Assembly: GCA_051942205.1 (NCBI GenBank) | Contig: JAVECO010000150.1 | Location: 1 to 59,253 of the forward strand | Length of the DNA stretch: 59,253 bases | Reading direction: 5' to 3' | From: Coniocarpon cinnabarinum | Taxonomy: Eukaryota | In this document: positions 13,041 to 25,768 of the stretch, in pieces | Layout: the number at the start of each line of letters is the position of its first letter | Numbering within the stretch: position 1 is the first letter of the stretch | Position numbers and translations under genes: made by a program | Notes under the pieces: model-generated | Told to the model about the DNA's origin: nothing | Databases searched by the model: none | What the model saw: the letters and a program-made list of their open reading frames with translations, nothing else

Positions 13041-14655
13041 ATGAATCGGTACCGTGATCGGAGGTAAGCCAACACATCGCCGCTTGTCACCATCGGCAGT
13101 TGTTTGAGGAATGCATAAATTTCACACTGGCCTACACCATCTAACGCTCTGCTGTCCTCAGATCTCCTGATCGTGGCCGTTACTCTCGCGACGGTCCTCC
13201 AGTAGACAGCTATGTCCCTGGAGGAGCTCGTGGCGGTCGTCCACGAAGCAGATCCCCGCCCACTGGCTACCGTCGCCGGTCGCGATCGCCACCACCGCGT
13301 GGAGACAACTGGACGCCACGATATCGCGACGCACCTGATTCATACGCTCCGCCTCGCCGCGACTATGCACAATCAGACCGATTCGACCGTCGACCACGCT
13401 CACCACCACCTGGCATAAAGAGGAACAGAGAATTCAGCCCGCCGCCAGCAAAGCGCGAACGTCTAGCCAGCCCTGACAGAGGCTACGGGAGAGCAAGAAG
13501 GTGTGTTGGACCTGTCTCTAGAGCAAGAACCATGTAAAGATGCATAGTCGATCTGAAACGACGTGAACACGCCGAGGTCTTTGACGGTGGGAAGATGTTT
13601 AAGAGTCACTAGCTTACAGCCTGCACAGCCCTCCACGGCGAGGCTACTCACCGCCGCCCAACCGTAATTCGTACCGTCCTCGTTCACGTACCCCTCCACG
13701 CCGCAACGATGACTCATATCCTGCGCCCATCGCACGACGATATCGCTCTCCCAGCCCACGATCAGGACGCAATTCCGGCGCTACGTCACGTAGATCCTCT
13801 CCGCCGCCAGCAGGATACGATCGCCGTCGCGGCAACGACTCATATGGCACCCCAGATGCGCGAGCTCCACCAGCTGCCCGCTCTCCACCGCGTCGTGACG
13901 AGTACGATGACCCTCGCTCCCGTCAAGCACCCACTTCCAACGTCTACGACGACCCCGCCAACGGCGACGACCGCGCCTTACCACCTCTCCAAACAGACCT
14001 CCGTGACCGCCATGTCCCCGCCGGTCCTGCATCCTCACGCTTCACAAACCCCTCTCCAGCGTCCGCAAATCCAAACAGCACGCCTGTCGCTCTCTCCGCT
14101 CATAATCGCCCCCTCTCTGCACATATGCCTCCGTCAGGCCCGTCGGCACATTCACCGCGTGGCGGCTATCCTGGTTCTTCCTATCGTGGTCGCGGCGGTG
14201 GACCACCCCGTGATTACGGCCCGCCTATGCGCGGTGGTCGCGGCTGGGGCGGTCCACCCATGCGCGGCGCCCGCGACGACTACGCCCGTCCGCGATATGA
14301 CCGCGCGCCCCCTCCCCCCCGCCAAAGCTCAGCCTATACCGGCGGCAACTCCACGTCGCGGACCGTCCCGCAAACCGTGCGCTTCGACGTGAACGGCGCC
14401 CTCGCCGATCTCCCAAAGATCAAAGACCACGGGGAGCGGTTGCCGCCACTGTACGACGGCAGCAAGGCCGAGAAATTGGAGGAAGAGGCGGCAAGGCTGC
14501 GCAAGATGATCGATGAGCGGGATGGCGTCCGGAGACGGCTGGGGAGGGAGTGGGAGGGTTTGGAGAGAGAAAGGGGGGAGCAGGAGTTGAAGGGACGGTT
14601 GGCGGAGGAGAGGTTGGAGGAGTTGGTGGGAGGGAGTGGGGGTGTGGCTTATTAG
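13041..14655 (+). CDS. Arg/Ser/Pro-rich (RS-like) protein with RGG repeats and a C-terminal coiled coil; introns 13064-13161 and 13501-13628
   Basis: Splicing gives a continuous frame MNRYRDRRSPDRGRYSRDGPPVDSYVPG...RSRSP... into the 14125-14655 ORF (LADLPKI...KLEEEAARLRKMIDE...REWE). Confidence 0.8.
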
Positions 14656-15270
14656 TGGTGAGCCTTTGGTGAGTGGAGGGCGGGACGAGGCAGCGGTTGA
14701 TGAAGGCAAAGAGGTGAATGAGGCGAATCTCGCGGTGAGATCGTCTGGTGAGCATCAGAGGTGCTCACTTTTGCAATCGACGACGAGGGAGGCTGAAGAC
14801 GAAAGCACGGAACAGTAAAGCCCTTGGAAGCGGGTCCCTCTCGTCGAAAAGTGTGCACGAGTCCAATGGCGTCTCACCTGTTGAGTGCTTTTGCCGTTTT
14901 ATAACTTACCAATTGCATTGTATGTATCGCATTCGATCCATAGCGTTCAAGACCTGTTTGAGAACCGGGAAGTGAAATGCTCCTTGCTCGGTCAATTCCA
15001 TTGATCGCTGCCATCTTGTCTTCCTTTCTGCTGGTGGGTTTACGTTTGGCGGTATCCTAATGTCATCTCTGACGGTGTTTTGAACGGCGCCTCGCACGAC
15101 GTTTCTTAAGGGCGTCTCGAATAGTGCAGCTTATGTGCAGAGGTAATGCGAGGTCCTGCGTCTTTGACCATGCATCTGATGATGCATCGATGACGCCTCA
15201 TCAATGCCCGGTAGGTTTTACTCCCACTTCTCACAATACGACTTCTCATACCACCTAGTTGTCTATGCAA

Positions 15271-16204
15271 TATCTCACAGCATATCTCACAGCATACCTC
15301 ATGAAGCCGCCGTGAACGGCTCTCGTCATACAGCTATACCCGGTCCATCCAACTATTCCATTCGCTCTTTCTAGTTATTCGCTCTTTCGAGTCATTCGCT
15401 CTTTTAGTCATTCGCTCTTTCTAGTTATTCGCTATTTCTCAACATTCGTTCTTTCGTCATTCGCTCTTTTAGTCGAGCTTCGATTCGCCCTAAATAGCTT
15501 GTATCTGGTTTACTTGATACTTGATACTTGATATTTGATACTTGATACTGCCCTCGCATCGTTCATACTTTTGCTTCCTCAAATACTTTTGCACTCAAAT
15601 AGGCTAGTGACTCTAGCTGCTCTCGTCAAGCTCTCGTCAAGCTCTCGTCATGCTCTTGTCATGCTCTCGTTATGTTGTTGATAAGCTATTTAAGATATCC
15701 AAGATATCTAAGAAGATCTCTAAGAAGATCTAAGATATCTAAGAAGATTTCTCATGAGATCTCTCATTAGATATTTTATTGCTGGAACAGCCTCTACAGC
15801 TATTCTCTTATTGACTGAGCCAAGTCTGTATAACTAATGTCAAATAAAGAAGTACGGCAATGAAACAAAGAGGTACGAAACAAATACAGAGAAAGTAGAG
15901 AAGAAGCATAGACGAAATACACGGAGAAGTACACGGAGAAATGCACGGAGAAGTGCACAAGAATGACCGCACGGGTCGAAACATCGTCCAGACGGCAACG
16001 GCAACAGCCGCCACGAGTAAAACGAGCGCATCCATCCACGAACATGTTCAAGGTCGTAAGCTCGAAATACAGGAGATTGACGTTGTAGATATCTTGCTGG
16101 TAAAGGGACTTTGTTTTACACTCAATTCTGCGGAAACGCCTCGCTGTACATTGAACCTCCATTACTCTCTTTTCTTTGACCTCCATCACTATCTTTTCTT
16201 TGAT
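15271..16204. repeat. Mosaic of several unrelated short tandem repeat arrays
   Basis: ATTCGCTCTTT-based 15-17-mer x7 (15360-15474); TACTTGA x5 (about 15511-15548); CTCTCGTCAAG-like x5 (about 15620-15672); AAGATATCT/AAGAAGATCT units (about 15690-15770); ACACGGAGAAGT-like x3 (about 15915-15957); 24-mer x2 (about 16155-16204). Confidence 0.85.
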
Positions 16205-16523
16205 GGTTGGCGGTGTGTCACAGCACGACCACTGCTGCAGAAGTGACCACTTATCGGATTTCTCAGATTTCTTTGGCGTCTTGCCTGCCTTTTATTGACA
16301 CGTGGTTATCAAGACGCTGGGTTTCCAAAAGGGGCGACATGACACATCCGCGTCTCTTTGCGTAGGCTTCGCCTCTCCATTTGCAACACGCAAGGGACGC
16401 AGCGTCCTCGACGTTTCCACGCACCCACCTCCTCAACCTCTCCCACTCATCCATCCCCCACCCAACCCTCACCACTGCCACCGCCACCTCCACCTCCACC
16501 ACGACAACGCAGCCGACTCCTCT

Positions 16524-19500
16524 TCACCCCCTCCGCCTGCCTCCCTTCTCACTTCCATCCCCCAAAATAAAAGCCATAGATCCCAGATCCACCGCCTCGG
16601 GCCGTCTCCCGAAATCGCCTTGGAACGTCGCCTCAAGAAACGCACGACACTCCTTACTGACCCCCTTGGGCACCTCCGGGCTCGGATCGCGACCTCCACT
16701 GTTGCCACCGATCTTAAAAATCGCCTGTAACTGCGACAAGTTCGGATGCGGATGCGAGCCCGTTAGCATTTCCACTACTAAACAGCCGAGGGACCAGATA
16801 TCGGCTTTTCGCGTGTAAGCTGTTTGTTTGACGACTTCGGGCGCCATCCAGAAGACGGAACCTTGCATGGACACCCGATTTGAGGGGAGGCCGCCGCCGC
16901 GTCGGCTCGATGAGGAAGAGGTGTTTTGAGCGGTCCTGCCGTCGGGGGAGGAGAGCAGGGTTTTGGAATCTTGCACACGTTTCGAGATGCCGAAGTCGCT
17001 GATTTTGACGGCGCCGTGGGTGTCCACTAGGATATTGGCGCCTTTGATATCACGGTGGATGATATCCTTGCTATGTAGGTACGCGAGACCGACGAGGACC
17101 TGTTTCGTCAAACGAGACACCATCGTTTCAGCCATGGCGCCGTATTCGACGAGCATTTTGGCAATGGAACCGCCCGGCACGTATTCGAGGAAGATATTCA
17201 AAGTGTTGCCGTCGGATTGGGAGCCAAGGTATTGCACGATATTAGGATGCTTCAGGTCACGGAGGAGAGCGATTTCACGCTTCAACGCTTCAATCATGTT
17301 GTTCTTCTTTGTGTCGACGGCGGTGCCAGCAGTAGAGGGGAGTTCGACCTGCTTGACGGCCATGAGTTCCGCCGTCAACGTATGTAGAGCCATGTAGACG
17401 CTGCCAAAGGAGCCCTGGCCGATGAGCTTGCCCTTGATGTAGCGGATATTTTCCCAGTCGGTGCCAGATGCCAGAAAGCGGTCAAGTTCCTCGTCGGGCT
17501 GTTCGCCGTCTTCGGCGAGGACCTCGCGGAGCTCGTTGATGGAGGAGCCAGCTTCGGTGAGAGGCGAGGAGCCGCCGTCGTCGAGGTAGGAAGAGGGTGA
17601 AGCGGTGGCATCAGGCCGGATGGACAAAGCAGGAGGAATGGCGGTCTTAGTGTCGTGTTCGGAGATGGAGGCGGTGGCGCTGCCGGGCGCAGAAGAGCCA
17701 AAGGAGACGTAGGACTTGCGGTTCGGTTCGTAGGAGGATTCTTCATCGAGGGGGTCGAGGGTGGACGAAGCAATGGAGTCGCGGACGTGGGACTGTGGGC
17801 GGCCCATGCGCATGATGGAGAGGGGACGTTGGCGAATTGGTGTCTGCTCGCCATTCGCAAAACCGGCCGGAATGGCGGGCACAGCAGGGACGTCATTAGG
17901 ATTGGAGCCAATGCTGAAATTCGACACAATGCTGAGACGAGACGCGGTGCTGAGGCGTGAGTTGGCACGACTGAGTCGTTGCGACCGGCGGATGGAGGCT
18001 CGCACGGTCTTGTCGATTTCCTGGGCTTCGATTTCAGGAAAGAAGCTCTTGGGGTCTTTGAGAACGTATGTAGAGTCGGGACGCTCGCCAGACAGAGAAT
18101 CACCGCTACGCTGCTGGCGACGGCGGGATTGAATGGTGCCTGAAGAGTCCGCCTGCTCCAGCTCGTGAGCCGCGGCGGTGCTGAGATGTTCTTCTCGTCG
18201 GGCCATTGAGGCTGGCGACATGGGATACGAGACCGGTGGGAGGTTAGCAAAGGGTTCGCCGGTCAATTTGGCAATCTTCATACGACTACGCTCAAAGCCG
18301 GCATGAGCACTCGGCGACGTGGTTGCCCGCAGCTGCTCTTTGGCGATCTTCGCAGCTTCGACAAGCTGGACGCCTTCTGGTTCTCCATACGCGATCTTTC
18401 GAATGATAAGCTTTTGTCTTTCGGGACGATTCATGTCCAGTCCGATCGTAAACAGCTCTTGCATCGTCAGACGTCGACATGCTGTGTAGTTCGCATCAAT
18501 GCCGTCCATCACGTAAAACGAATAGTTCTTGCTGGGCTCGCTCAGTCTCGCACTCTTGTGAATGCGTGCCACCATGTCTTCAGCGCTGCGTATGCCATCG
18601 ACATCGCAAACAGTCGTCTGACCACTTTCGTGAATCACCTTGACCGCGTGAGATCCTGGTGGCAGAAGCAGACTTGCACCGCGTTGGTCTGAAGACAAAC
18701 TCAGCCCACGTGGCATTTCCACGGCTGTTGTAGGCGTCTTGAATCCTCCATTGCGGGGTGTGTGCTCGGGACGCGCCGTCCTCACGGAGAGATCGCCACG
18801 CGAGGTTGAGTGAGGGTATGACCCATTTGACCTCTCTTGCATCGGAGGAACTTTCTCGCGCGGACTGGATGCTGAAGACTTTTTAGATCGCTCTCTTCTC
18901 CAGTCTTGCTCGATAGGCATCGGTGATGCCGGTCTTGAACCGGTGCTCGATGTGATCACTTTGCTTTTAGGGTCTCGCAGTGAGCCACCGAGTCCTAACG
19001 CGTCTGTTGCTCCAACAGGAATTCGTGACATGCGCTTCTCTTCTTTAGGAGTCTGCTGAGAGGTTGCGGAGCGCGGCGGCCGTGGTGAGGCTGAGGATGG
19101 CGGCGTGTGTTCTTGCGCAGCGATTGAGTCCTAGAAGTGTCAGTCTCATGGAGAACCTTCTTTCATGAATGGCCTTGATCTTACTCGTATCCTCTGTCTT
19201 CGCTGGTATTCATTCTTGCGAAACAGCTTCGCTTGTGCGCCGATACGTACTCGATCGCCAACTTTCTGCACCCCCATCTCCTTCAATACGGACTGGTCAA
19301 TGTCCATCAAATTCTCTCCTGTGATGTTGTTGACTACACAGTGTGTCAGCAAACTCTCCAATCGATGCAGCTGCAAAATGCCCTACCTCGGAAGAGGTCT
19401 ACGTATTGCGATGCATTGATACTGCGTAGCCAGTCACCAACTCGGCGCTCGTCCCAACGTCTGCCCTTGTCTATTAGTCTTCTGGTCCGATGTGACTGCG

Positions 19501-19678
19501 TCCTGTCGCCATCTCACCTCACGTCATCACTATCACTGTAGTTCTCCGAGAACTCGCTGTCCGTCGGGCTGGCATATATCGTACCATAACTGGGGCCACG
19601 CTCATCCTGAGAGCGATAATTTGAGCTGGACATGTTGGGAGCTTTTGGTTCTGCGTATCGCGGCGGCGCGATGGCCAT
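16524..19678 (-). CDS. STE11: MAP kinase kinase kinase Ste11/SteC (SAM domain, Ras-association-like region, C-terminal kinase); three short introns in the 5' part (about 19130-19517)
   Basis: Kinase motifs 'LIGQGSFGSVY', 'MAVKQV', 'HRDIKGANIL', 'KISDFG' and 'SMQGSVFWMAPEV'. Spliced SAM exons read 'WDERRVGDWLRSINASQYVDLFRVNNITGENLMDIDQSVLKEMGVQKVGDRVRI'. The start is uncertain (19678 preferred; 19756 is in frame). Confidence 0.95.
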
Positions 19679-21071
19679 TCCTCTTGATGGCGCTTGTGGT
19701 CCAGCACTCAAAGAGCGCGAGCTCCCTTCTTTTCCTTCAACACGCCACCATGCCAAAACGTCAGACGAGAAGCGGCCTCAACTTTGTCCAAGGTCCTGTA
19801 CGAGACGGCGCTATTGGGTATGTCGTGTTCAGCTCGCACCTGCTTCGCTCAATGGAGGGAATACGGCCGCTTTGAGGGTTTCTGTAGGGCGAATAAGCTA
19901 CCCGCGAAGTTCCAGTCACAGCAGAGTTTGCTGGCGTGGGAGAGTCGCAAGCAAAGACAGACTACGCCTTTGGTCGAAGGCAAGGAGGCGCAAGGAGGAT
20001 GACTCGTAACGTTGAGTTGCGATCGTATTTAGCAACGGTCTGCCGCGGAGCCAGAAAGTTAGCCTTCGCTAGCAGGCACGGTTAATCCCGCGCATTGGGC
20101 ACGGGAAAAGCGGTCTCTTGTTGGATGAGATCTGGAATGGAGGAAGCAGGAATGTCGTCAAGAGTAAGCGTTGTCAGCAAATGACGAGCAAGACTGCAGC
20201 GGAGGTGGAGTGGATGGTGAGCCGTGAGCAGTGAGCATGAAAGAAGCGAAGGGCTTGGTAGGGAGCTTTCTTGGGAGGACGCGTTTGGAACGTGCGTCGG
20301 AAAGGTCTCTCCTCCACGTGAAACAGCCCACCATTCCCTGCTCCAGATGCCCCTTTGCAGCAGCCTTCGTCATCACTAGACCCATTCTCGCCGGCATCCT
20401 GGTTTTCACCATCGGAAAAAGGCAAGCAACGTGACGTTTGCAGACGTTGGCTTGCATGCAACAGATGCGCGTGCACAGCTTCACCACTGATGCACCGAGG
20501 ACCTGCCCAATACCTCACATCACCGCCATTCACATGCCAAGTTGGTCTGGCCAGCAGTGGCGGTCAAAGCAAGATGGCATGCATTTGTCATCTCCACGTT
20601 TCATGATGATCGACGCCGTTGCCAGCTCCATGCTCCTGTTTGCTCGTCAAATGAGCAGCAAAGTCACACGGTGGTAGCTCATATATGATTCCATTGTGCT
20701 ATCAAAACAAAGCTCCTGCCCTCATCCTGCTGTAATGTATATACGTCGTGACACATTGCTGAATAGCGAGCATGCTGCCGTCTCTGCACTCATACTAAAC
20801 ACGTCTCCCGGGGTATCGATGTTTCAACGTTCCTGTATTCAAAAGATCCAATTACTCAAACTGAGTTGCGCTTCATCCAACATGGTCCTGTATCCACCAA
20901 GACACTATCAGAGTTGGTCGCCAAAGCCCATTGGTTGGATCATGCTGATCGAAACGAGACACACACACTCATCGTGCTGTAAGTAAAGCAGTGAACGCAG
21001 ATCGGGATCAGGCCTTCATAGTCCTGTCACCAAGAATGCGGTGGTTAATCTGGACGCTTCTTTTGATATAA

Positions 21072-23130
21072 TTATCCATATCGAGGAGGCGGTGGATAGC
21101 TGTACCCGTTTGGTGGCGGGCCGTATCCGTTCGTGGGGTCATTAGGCTGCTGTCTAGTGTACTCGGACGGGTTGAACATGGGCTTAGGCTGTGTGGGATA
21201 GGTGGCGTGCATGTCCATCGTTCTCCGCCGTCGCGCACGCTCATCTCGCGTCTCTCGCAAGATCGGCCTGTCTGCCTCCACATCGCTGTCATCGTGCATG
21301 TTGGAAGTTCGGCCTGGTGGAAAAGAAGACGGCGGCATGCCTTCTTCAGACCGTGTAAAGGGGTTGTTCTGCGCGTTCACGGACGGGCTGCGCATTCGGC
21401 GAGGATGCAGATATCCCGGTGGAGGTGGGCCACTTTGCGAACCGGATCGCGGTCGCCGGGTTCGCGATCTTTCCTTTATGTCATAATCAGACGGCATTGG
21501 AGGCGGTTTCGAGGTGACGGTGTTTGAGCGACGAACTCTGCTGCTGCTAGTGCCTGACCGACTCGCACCACCATCATCACTCTCATAGACCTTTCCACCA
21601 CCAGGCTGTGCGAAGTACGGCTTGCGGTCGCGCTCGATGGGCACAGGTGGTGGGCCATGGTGAGGCACCGAAGGTGGCCTGTCCTCAACTGCGGCTTCTG
21701 AAGAAGGAGCAGAGTTCGCATATGGCTTGCGTTCTCGGTCCAAGGATGCGTTTAAATACGACGGTTGTGGTGGATGGGGCGGTGGTGGCATATGGGCCTC
21801 GGGTGGATTGGAGGGTTGTGGAGGGGCACTAGCCACAGGTGGCCGCTCTGGATGGGCTGGTCCTGGCTGTGAAGAATGCGAGTTTCTGCCGTGTCGTGGC
21901 AATTCGATCGCTGGGTCGGCAAGTACAGCGTCTTCGAACAGATCCCGGATTGGATGTTCTGGCTGCTTTGGGAACAGACGTCGGGACAGCTGCTTCGGGA
22001 AGCGCTCCTTGCGATCATCCGCGTTGCTGATTGGCATGTCCATTGCCACTTTGGCCAATCGCATGAATTCCTCGTCCGGGTGTGCCTGGATTACTGTGGT
22101 CATCCAACGCTGAAAGCCAAGCGGTGTCAATGCTGGAATGCTTGGCTTCTCATCATACTGCCTCTGCACAAAGTGATGCTGGCATTCGAGATCTCTATAC
22201 AAGTGTGAGATGTTGCTGTTTGTCATTTTCCCTCCAAACATATCTACACATCGTCAGCGCACGATTCCAAGTGGTGTGCGCACATCACCTACCAGACCAA
22301 GGGTATATCTCCTCTGTGACTCGGGCTGCATCATAGAATTTCAACATTTTCTGCGGAGTGATGACCAGGCTATGGCGGGGCTCGAAGTCCTCGACCTGTT
22401 TAAACAAGGTTAGCTATGAGCTCGGTGCAGAGCCAGGAGCTGAAGGCCTGGTGGAACATACTATATGAAGAGCTATGCCCCTCAAAAATTGACCTAGCCT
22501 TGGCGTCGGTTTGCCATCATCACCAAACAGCGGCTGCCAGATCTTTTCCAAGGTTGTTGGATCTCCTGTCGGAGGACTGCGTGTCCCCGTAGAAGATGCA
22601 TCATCCTTGGAAACAGACCCGCGCTCGAACGGTCTTGTTGGCGCGCGGTGCCGAATGCCGATTCCGTCCATCTGGTTGTCCACCAACGTGGATTGGTTCG
22701 ATGCGACACGGGTCAGATCTTCGCGATCTGGGGATGGAGGGGTATACACGTCGCGTGGAGGTATCGATGGGGTCGAATCAGTCATTGACGAAGCTGCAGG
22801 AGCGGGAGCTGGCTTCTGTGGGGCACGCGTGGAAGAAGTAATGCCATTCATCCGCAGGTTGTTCATGACCTGTTGCGTGATCTGTGCGACGACATCTGGA
22901 GAGATCTGGTGCGACGCGTTTGACGTATCGAACGCCATGCTAACCGCTTCTCGGAGCGGCTGAGTCTGATATGAGGTGTCGGAGGCATTGGAGGCCGTTT
23001 GGTAGAGCTGAGGCGGGGGCGGCGGTGGCGCGGCTGCATGCGAGGCGCCCTGCATAGGAGTAGCTGTTGGTGAAGGAGAGGAGGTTTCCGAGGAGACGGT
23101 GGCGTGTTTGCTGGGACTGGAGGGCTGCAT
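21072..23130 (-). CDS. Conserved fungal Pro/Ser-rich protein with a DUF7514-like domain; two introns (about 22404-22460 and 22244-22292)
   Basis: Spliced domain 'TLEKIWQPLF...PTPRLGQFLRGIALHI|VEDFEPRHSLVITPQKMLKFY...YPW|...ISHLYRDLECQHHFVQ...PSIPALTPLGFQRWMT...HPDEEF', followed by repeated 'ERKPY' motifs. Confidence 0.8.
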
Positions 23131-24120
23131 GGTAGATGAAGAAAAGGTCGAGGTGTTTGGATGGAGTTGCGCCAGGTGTCGAATGACGCTGAAGAGGAAC
23201 GGGGCGAAGCGGTTTGGTGGTCTTTGCTGCGGGTGCGACCGTGCGCACTGTAGTGGGATTAACTTTGAGTCCAGACGCTCATGAAGGAGATCGATGGCCA
23301 CATCTGTTGAAATGTAGGGCGTGGGTGCAGGCGTTGAGCGCGGAGTCGGCTGACAGCTGGAGAGGGTCAGACAGAGAGGCAAGGCACCAGGCGAGGGAAG
23401 TAGGAGAGGTGGAAGAGCATTGACACGGCAAGAGAGGAGGGCTGCATGTCAGAAGCAAGAATAATTCCATCTCGAGAATCTTGCGCACGGAGCCGCTCCT
23501 TTGCCCTGCCACCCGAGCCACCTGATTGGGCACGCGTGCATGACGTATGTCCTGGTACGGGCAGACACTGGCACTGCACAACACACTCGCCTACCCTGTC
23601 CTCGATGCACCTGGCTTTGCCGGCCTTATCGCGATCTCCACCCTCCACCTCTGCGGTCAGCGGACTCCTACACTCGGTCAGGGCAACTTTAAATTGTCGG
23701 TGCTTGCCTGGGCTGGCCTGTTCATGATTCATTTGGGCGTGGGAGCCCATCCATTCATCCAGCTCTGGCAGGCGCAAGCTGCCTACGGCTATGACAAGCG
23801 ATGCAGAGAGGGTCAGCGGCATGCAGAGAGCCTCGTCGGTGGGAAGCCTATCGCAGAGGAGACCGACGGCACACGCGCCTCCCGAGCGGGTGGAATGGGC
23901 GCTGATGGGCCCCCGGGCGGCGGCTGTCCAGGGGCCAAACCCCCCGCGCCGTCGCTCCTCGTACCTGTTACAGCAGCACATGCCCTACCGACCGGCTCCG
24001 TCGCCCTGCCACGCTTCATGCTCTGTTGGTGCTGCTCCCTGCTCGTCTGGAGCCATCCCTCCCCCTTGCGGTAGGTACAATGGCCGGCCTGTCCTCATGA
24101 CAGCAGTCACTATGCTTGTC

Positions 24121-25171
24121 TCAGGGCCCGCTGTCGTCACTGTCCTCCTCCTGTTCGTGCCGGTTCCAATTTGCGTCATCGTCGTCCGAGCTCTCTGGGA
24201 TGTCATCTTCCATTGCGGAAGAAGCTTTCTGGCACTCCGAGTTAGCTTCTCAGGCCCCTCCCAAAGTCATATCGTTGCTTACTGGAGGCTTCGCCCAACC
24301 TCCTTTTGACGTCTTCATTGGCGGCTGCGCCAGTGCAGCTGGCTGCAGACGCGCAGAGCTGTACCCAGAAGCACTGGCAGGCGTCGCTGCAGACCTGCTG
24401 GCAGCAGCGTAGGCACTCATGTCGAACCCTCCCCTTTGTGATGCAGTTGTCGTAGAGCCCAACGTGCGGCTCTGTGGGACCCAGACGCCACCGGGCTCGC
24501 TCGTCGTCGTGCGGTCCGTTCCGTCCACACTCAGTCCGTTTATTGATGTTGTGACGTCCTGCTCAAAATCAGAATGGGGAGGAAACACCGCTGCCGCAGT
24601 TTAAACTCACATCGTCGTCTGCATAGGGATTGCTGTCCGAGGAATCGAAATCGTAGTCATCGTCGTCACCCTCGTCTTTCACTGGTTCATCGGGTTGCAC
24701 CTTCAACACCTTGTCCATGCAAGTTTTGCATTTCTGTAAGGCACGTTCAGCAATCGTGGAGCGCCCGGCTCACGGATACTTTATCTTAGCTTACCGCATT
24801 GTCACGGTTTCGACGATGTGTCTTGGCGAAGTCTTCAAGGGGCTTGTTGAGCCCACACAATCGGCATTCCATTTCAGTGTTTTGCTGCGACGTGCAGCCT
24901 TTGCAAGAGATGATCCCTTGCTTCAAATGGTTTTCCTTGGCTTGACCACTGAGCCCACGAACTTTCTGACTGAGGATACCTTGCTGTTTATTCGAGAACT
25001 GGGCGATTGGCTTCGTTTTCGAGCAAAATTTGCATTTTGATTTGTCCGGCGGAGGCCCGGTCCCACCCAAGTTCCTGAGATTGCCAATCAGCCTGACATT
25101 AAGCTTGCCGAGAGCGTATGATTGACGAACTTAGCTTGAGTTTTATCGAAAAATGCTTGCCCACGTGGCAT
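24121..25171 (-). CDS. Stc1-domain tandem zinc-finger protein, 5 exons
   Basis: Splicing gives MPRGQAFFDKTQAKNLGG...CKFC...FSNKQ...CKGC...MECRLC...KPLEDFAKTHRR...KCKTC, then acidic and Ser/Thr-rich segments ending GP-TGA at 24121. All four introns are GT-AG. Confidence 0.75.
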
Positions 25172-25624
25172 GATGATGAGCAGCTAAGTACCAATAGACT
25201 ACTTTATTTGAGGATGATCAGAGGACCGATATGCTAGACGCTCGAGTGATTTCTCGACGTGTGTGCTAGTTCCACGGAGATATGTGCAAAGAGCGAGTCG
25301 TTTTGTAGTCGTTCAAAATTCACAGGATTAAGAGCAGATGGCTTTCAACGTTTCACAACGGTGGGGAGCGCAGCACGCTAATGCAAGTTGCCGGGCGAGC
25401 TCTCCAAATGGGGAGCCACGATGCAGTTGCGCCCCTAAAGGTGAACATAGTATTCAGCAACTTCTTACCTATCTAGCTCACGTCATCGCATTGCAACGAC
25501 ATCTTCACCCTTCGTCATAGTCGACAATCATTCAACGACTCTTGTCACCTTGACGTAACTGGCACGGTTCCTCCTCACCTAGGGCCCTTCAGCTAAATAA
25601 TAAGGCAGCAGATGGAGCAAAGCA

Positions 25625-25768
25625 TAGAAGTTTCGCCGCGTGGCGAATTAGAAAGTTCGCTGACCGTCGATTTGGAAAGTTTACTGAGCGTCGGGTCAGA
25701 AAGTTCGCTACTCGTCGAGTTGGAAACTTTGCTGAGGGTCGAGGTAGAAAGTTCACCATTTGGCGAGG
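25625..25768. repeat. Degenerate 24-bp tandem repeat, 6 copies
   Basis: Units such as TAGAAAGTTCGCTGACCGTCGATT, TGGAAAGTTTACTGAGCGTCGGGT and CAGAAAGTTCGCTACTCGTCGAGT; stop-free in several frames. Confidence 0.85.

Noticed and set aside
15360..15474. CRISPR-like array
   Set aside because: Head-to-tail units without unique spacers, eukaryotic context, no cas genes.
16524..19678. STE11 as a marker of a mating-type locus
   Set aside because: No HMG or alpha-box MAT genes, APN2 or SLA2 are visible in the window.
20319..20325. Ste12 pheromone-response element TGAAACA upstream of STE11
   Set aside because: A single 7-mer about 640 bp away is expected by chance.
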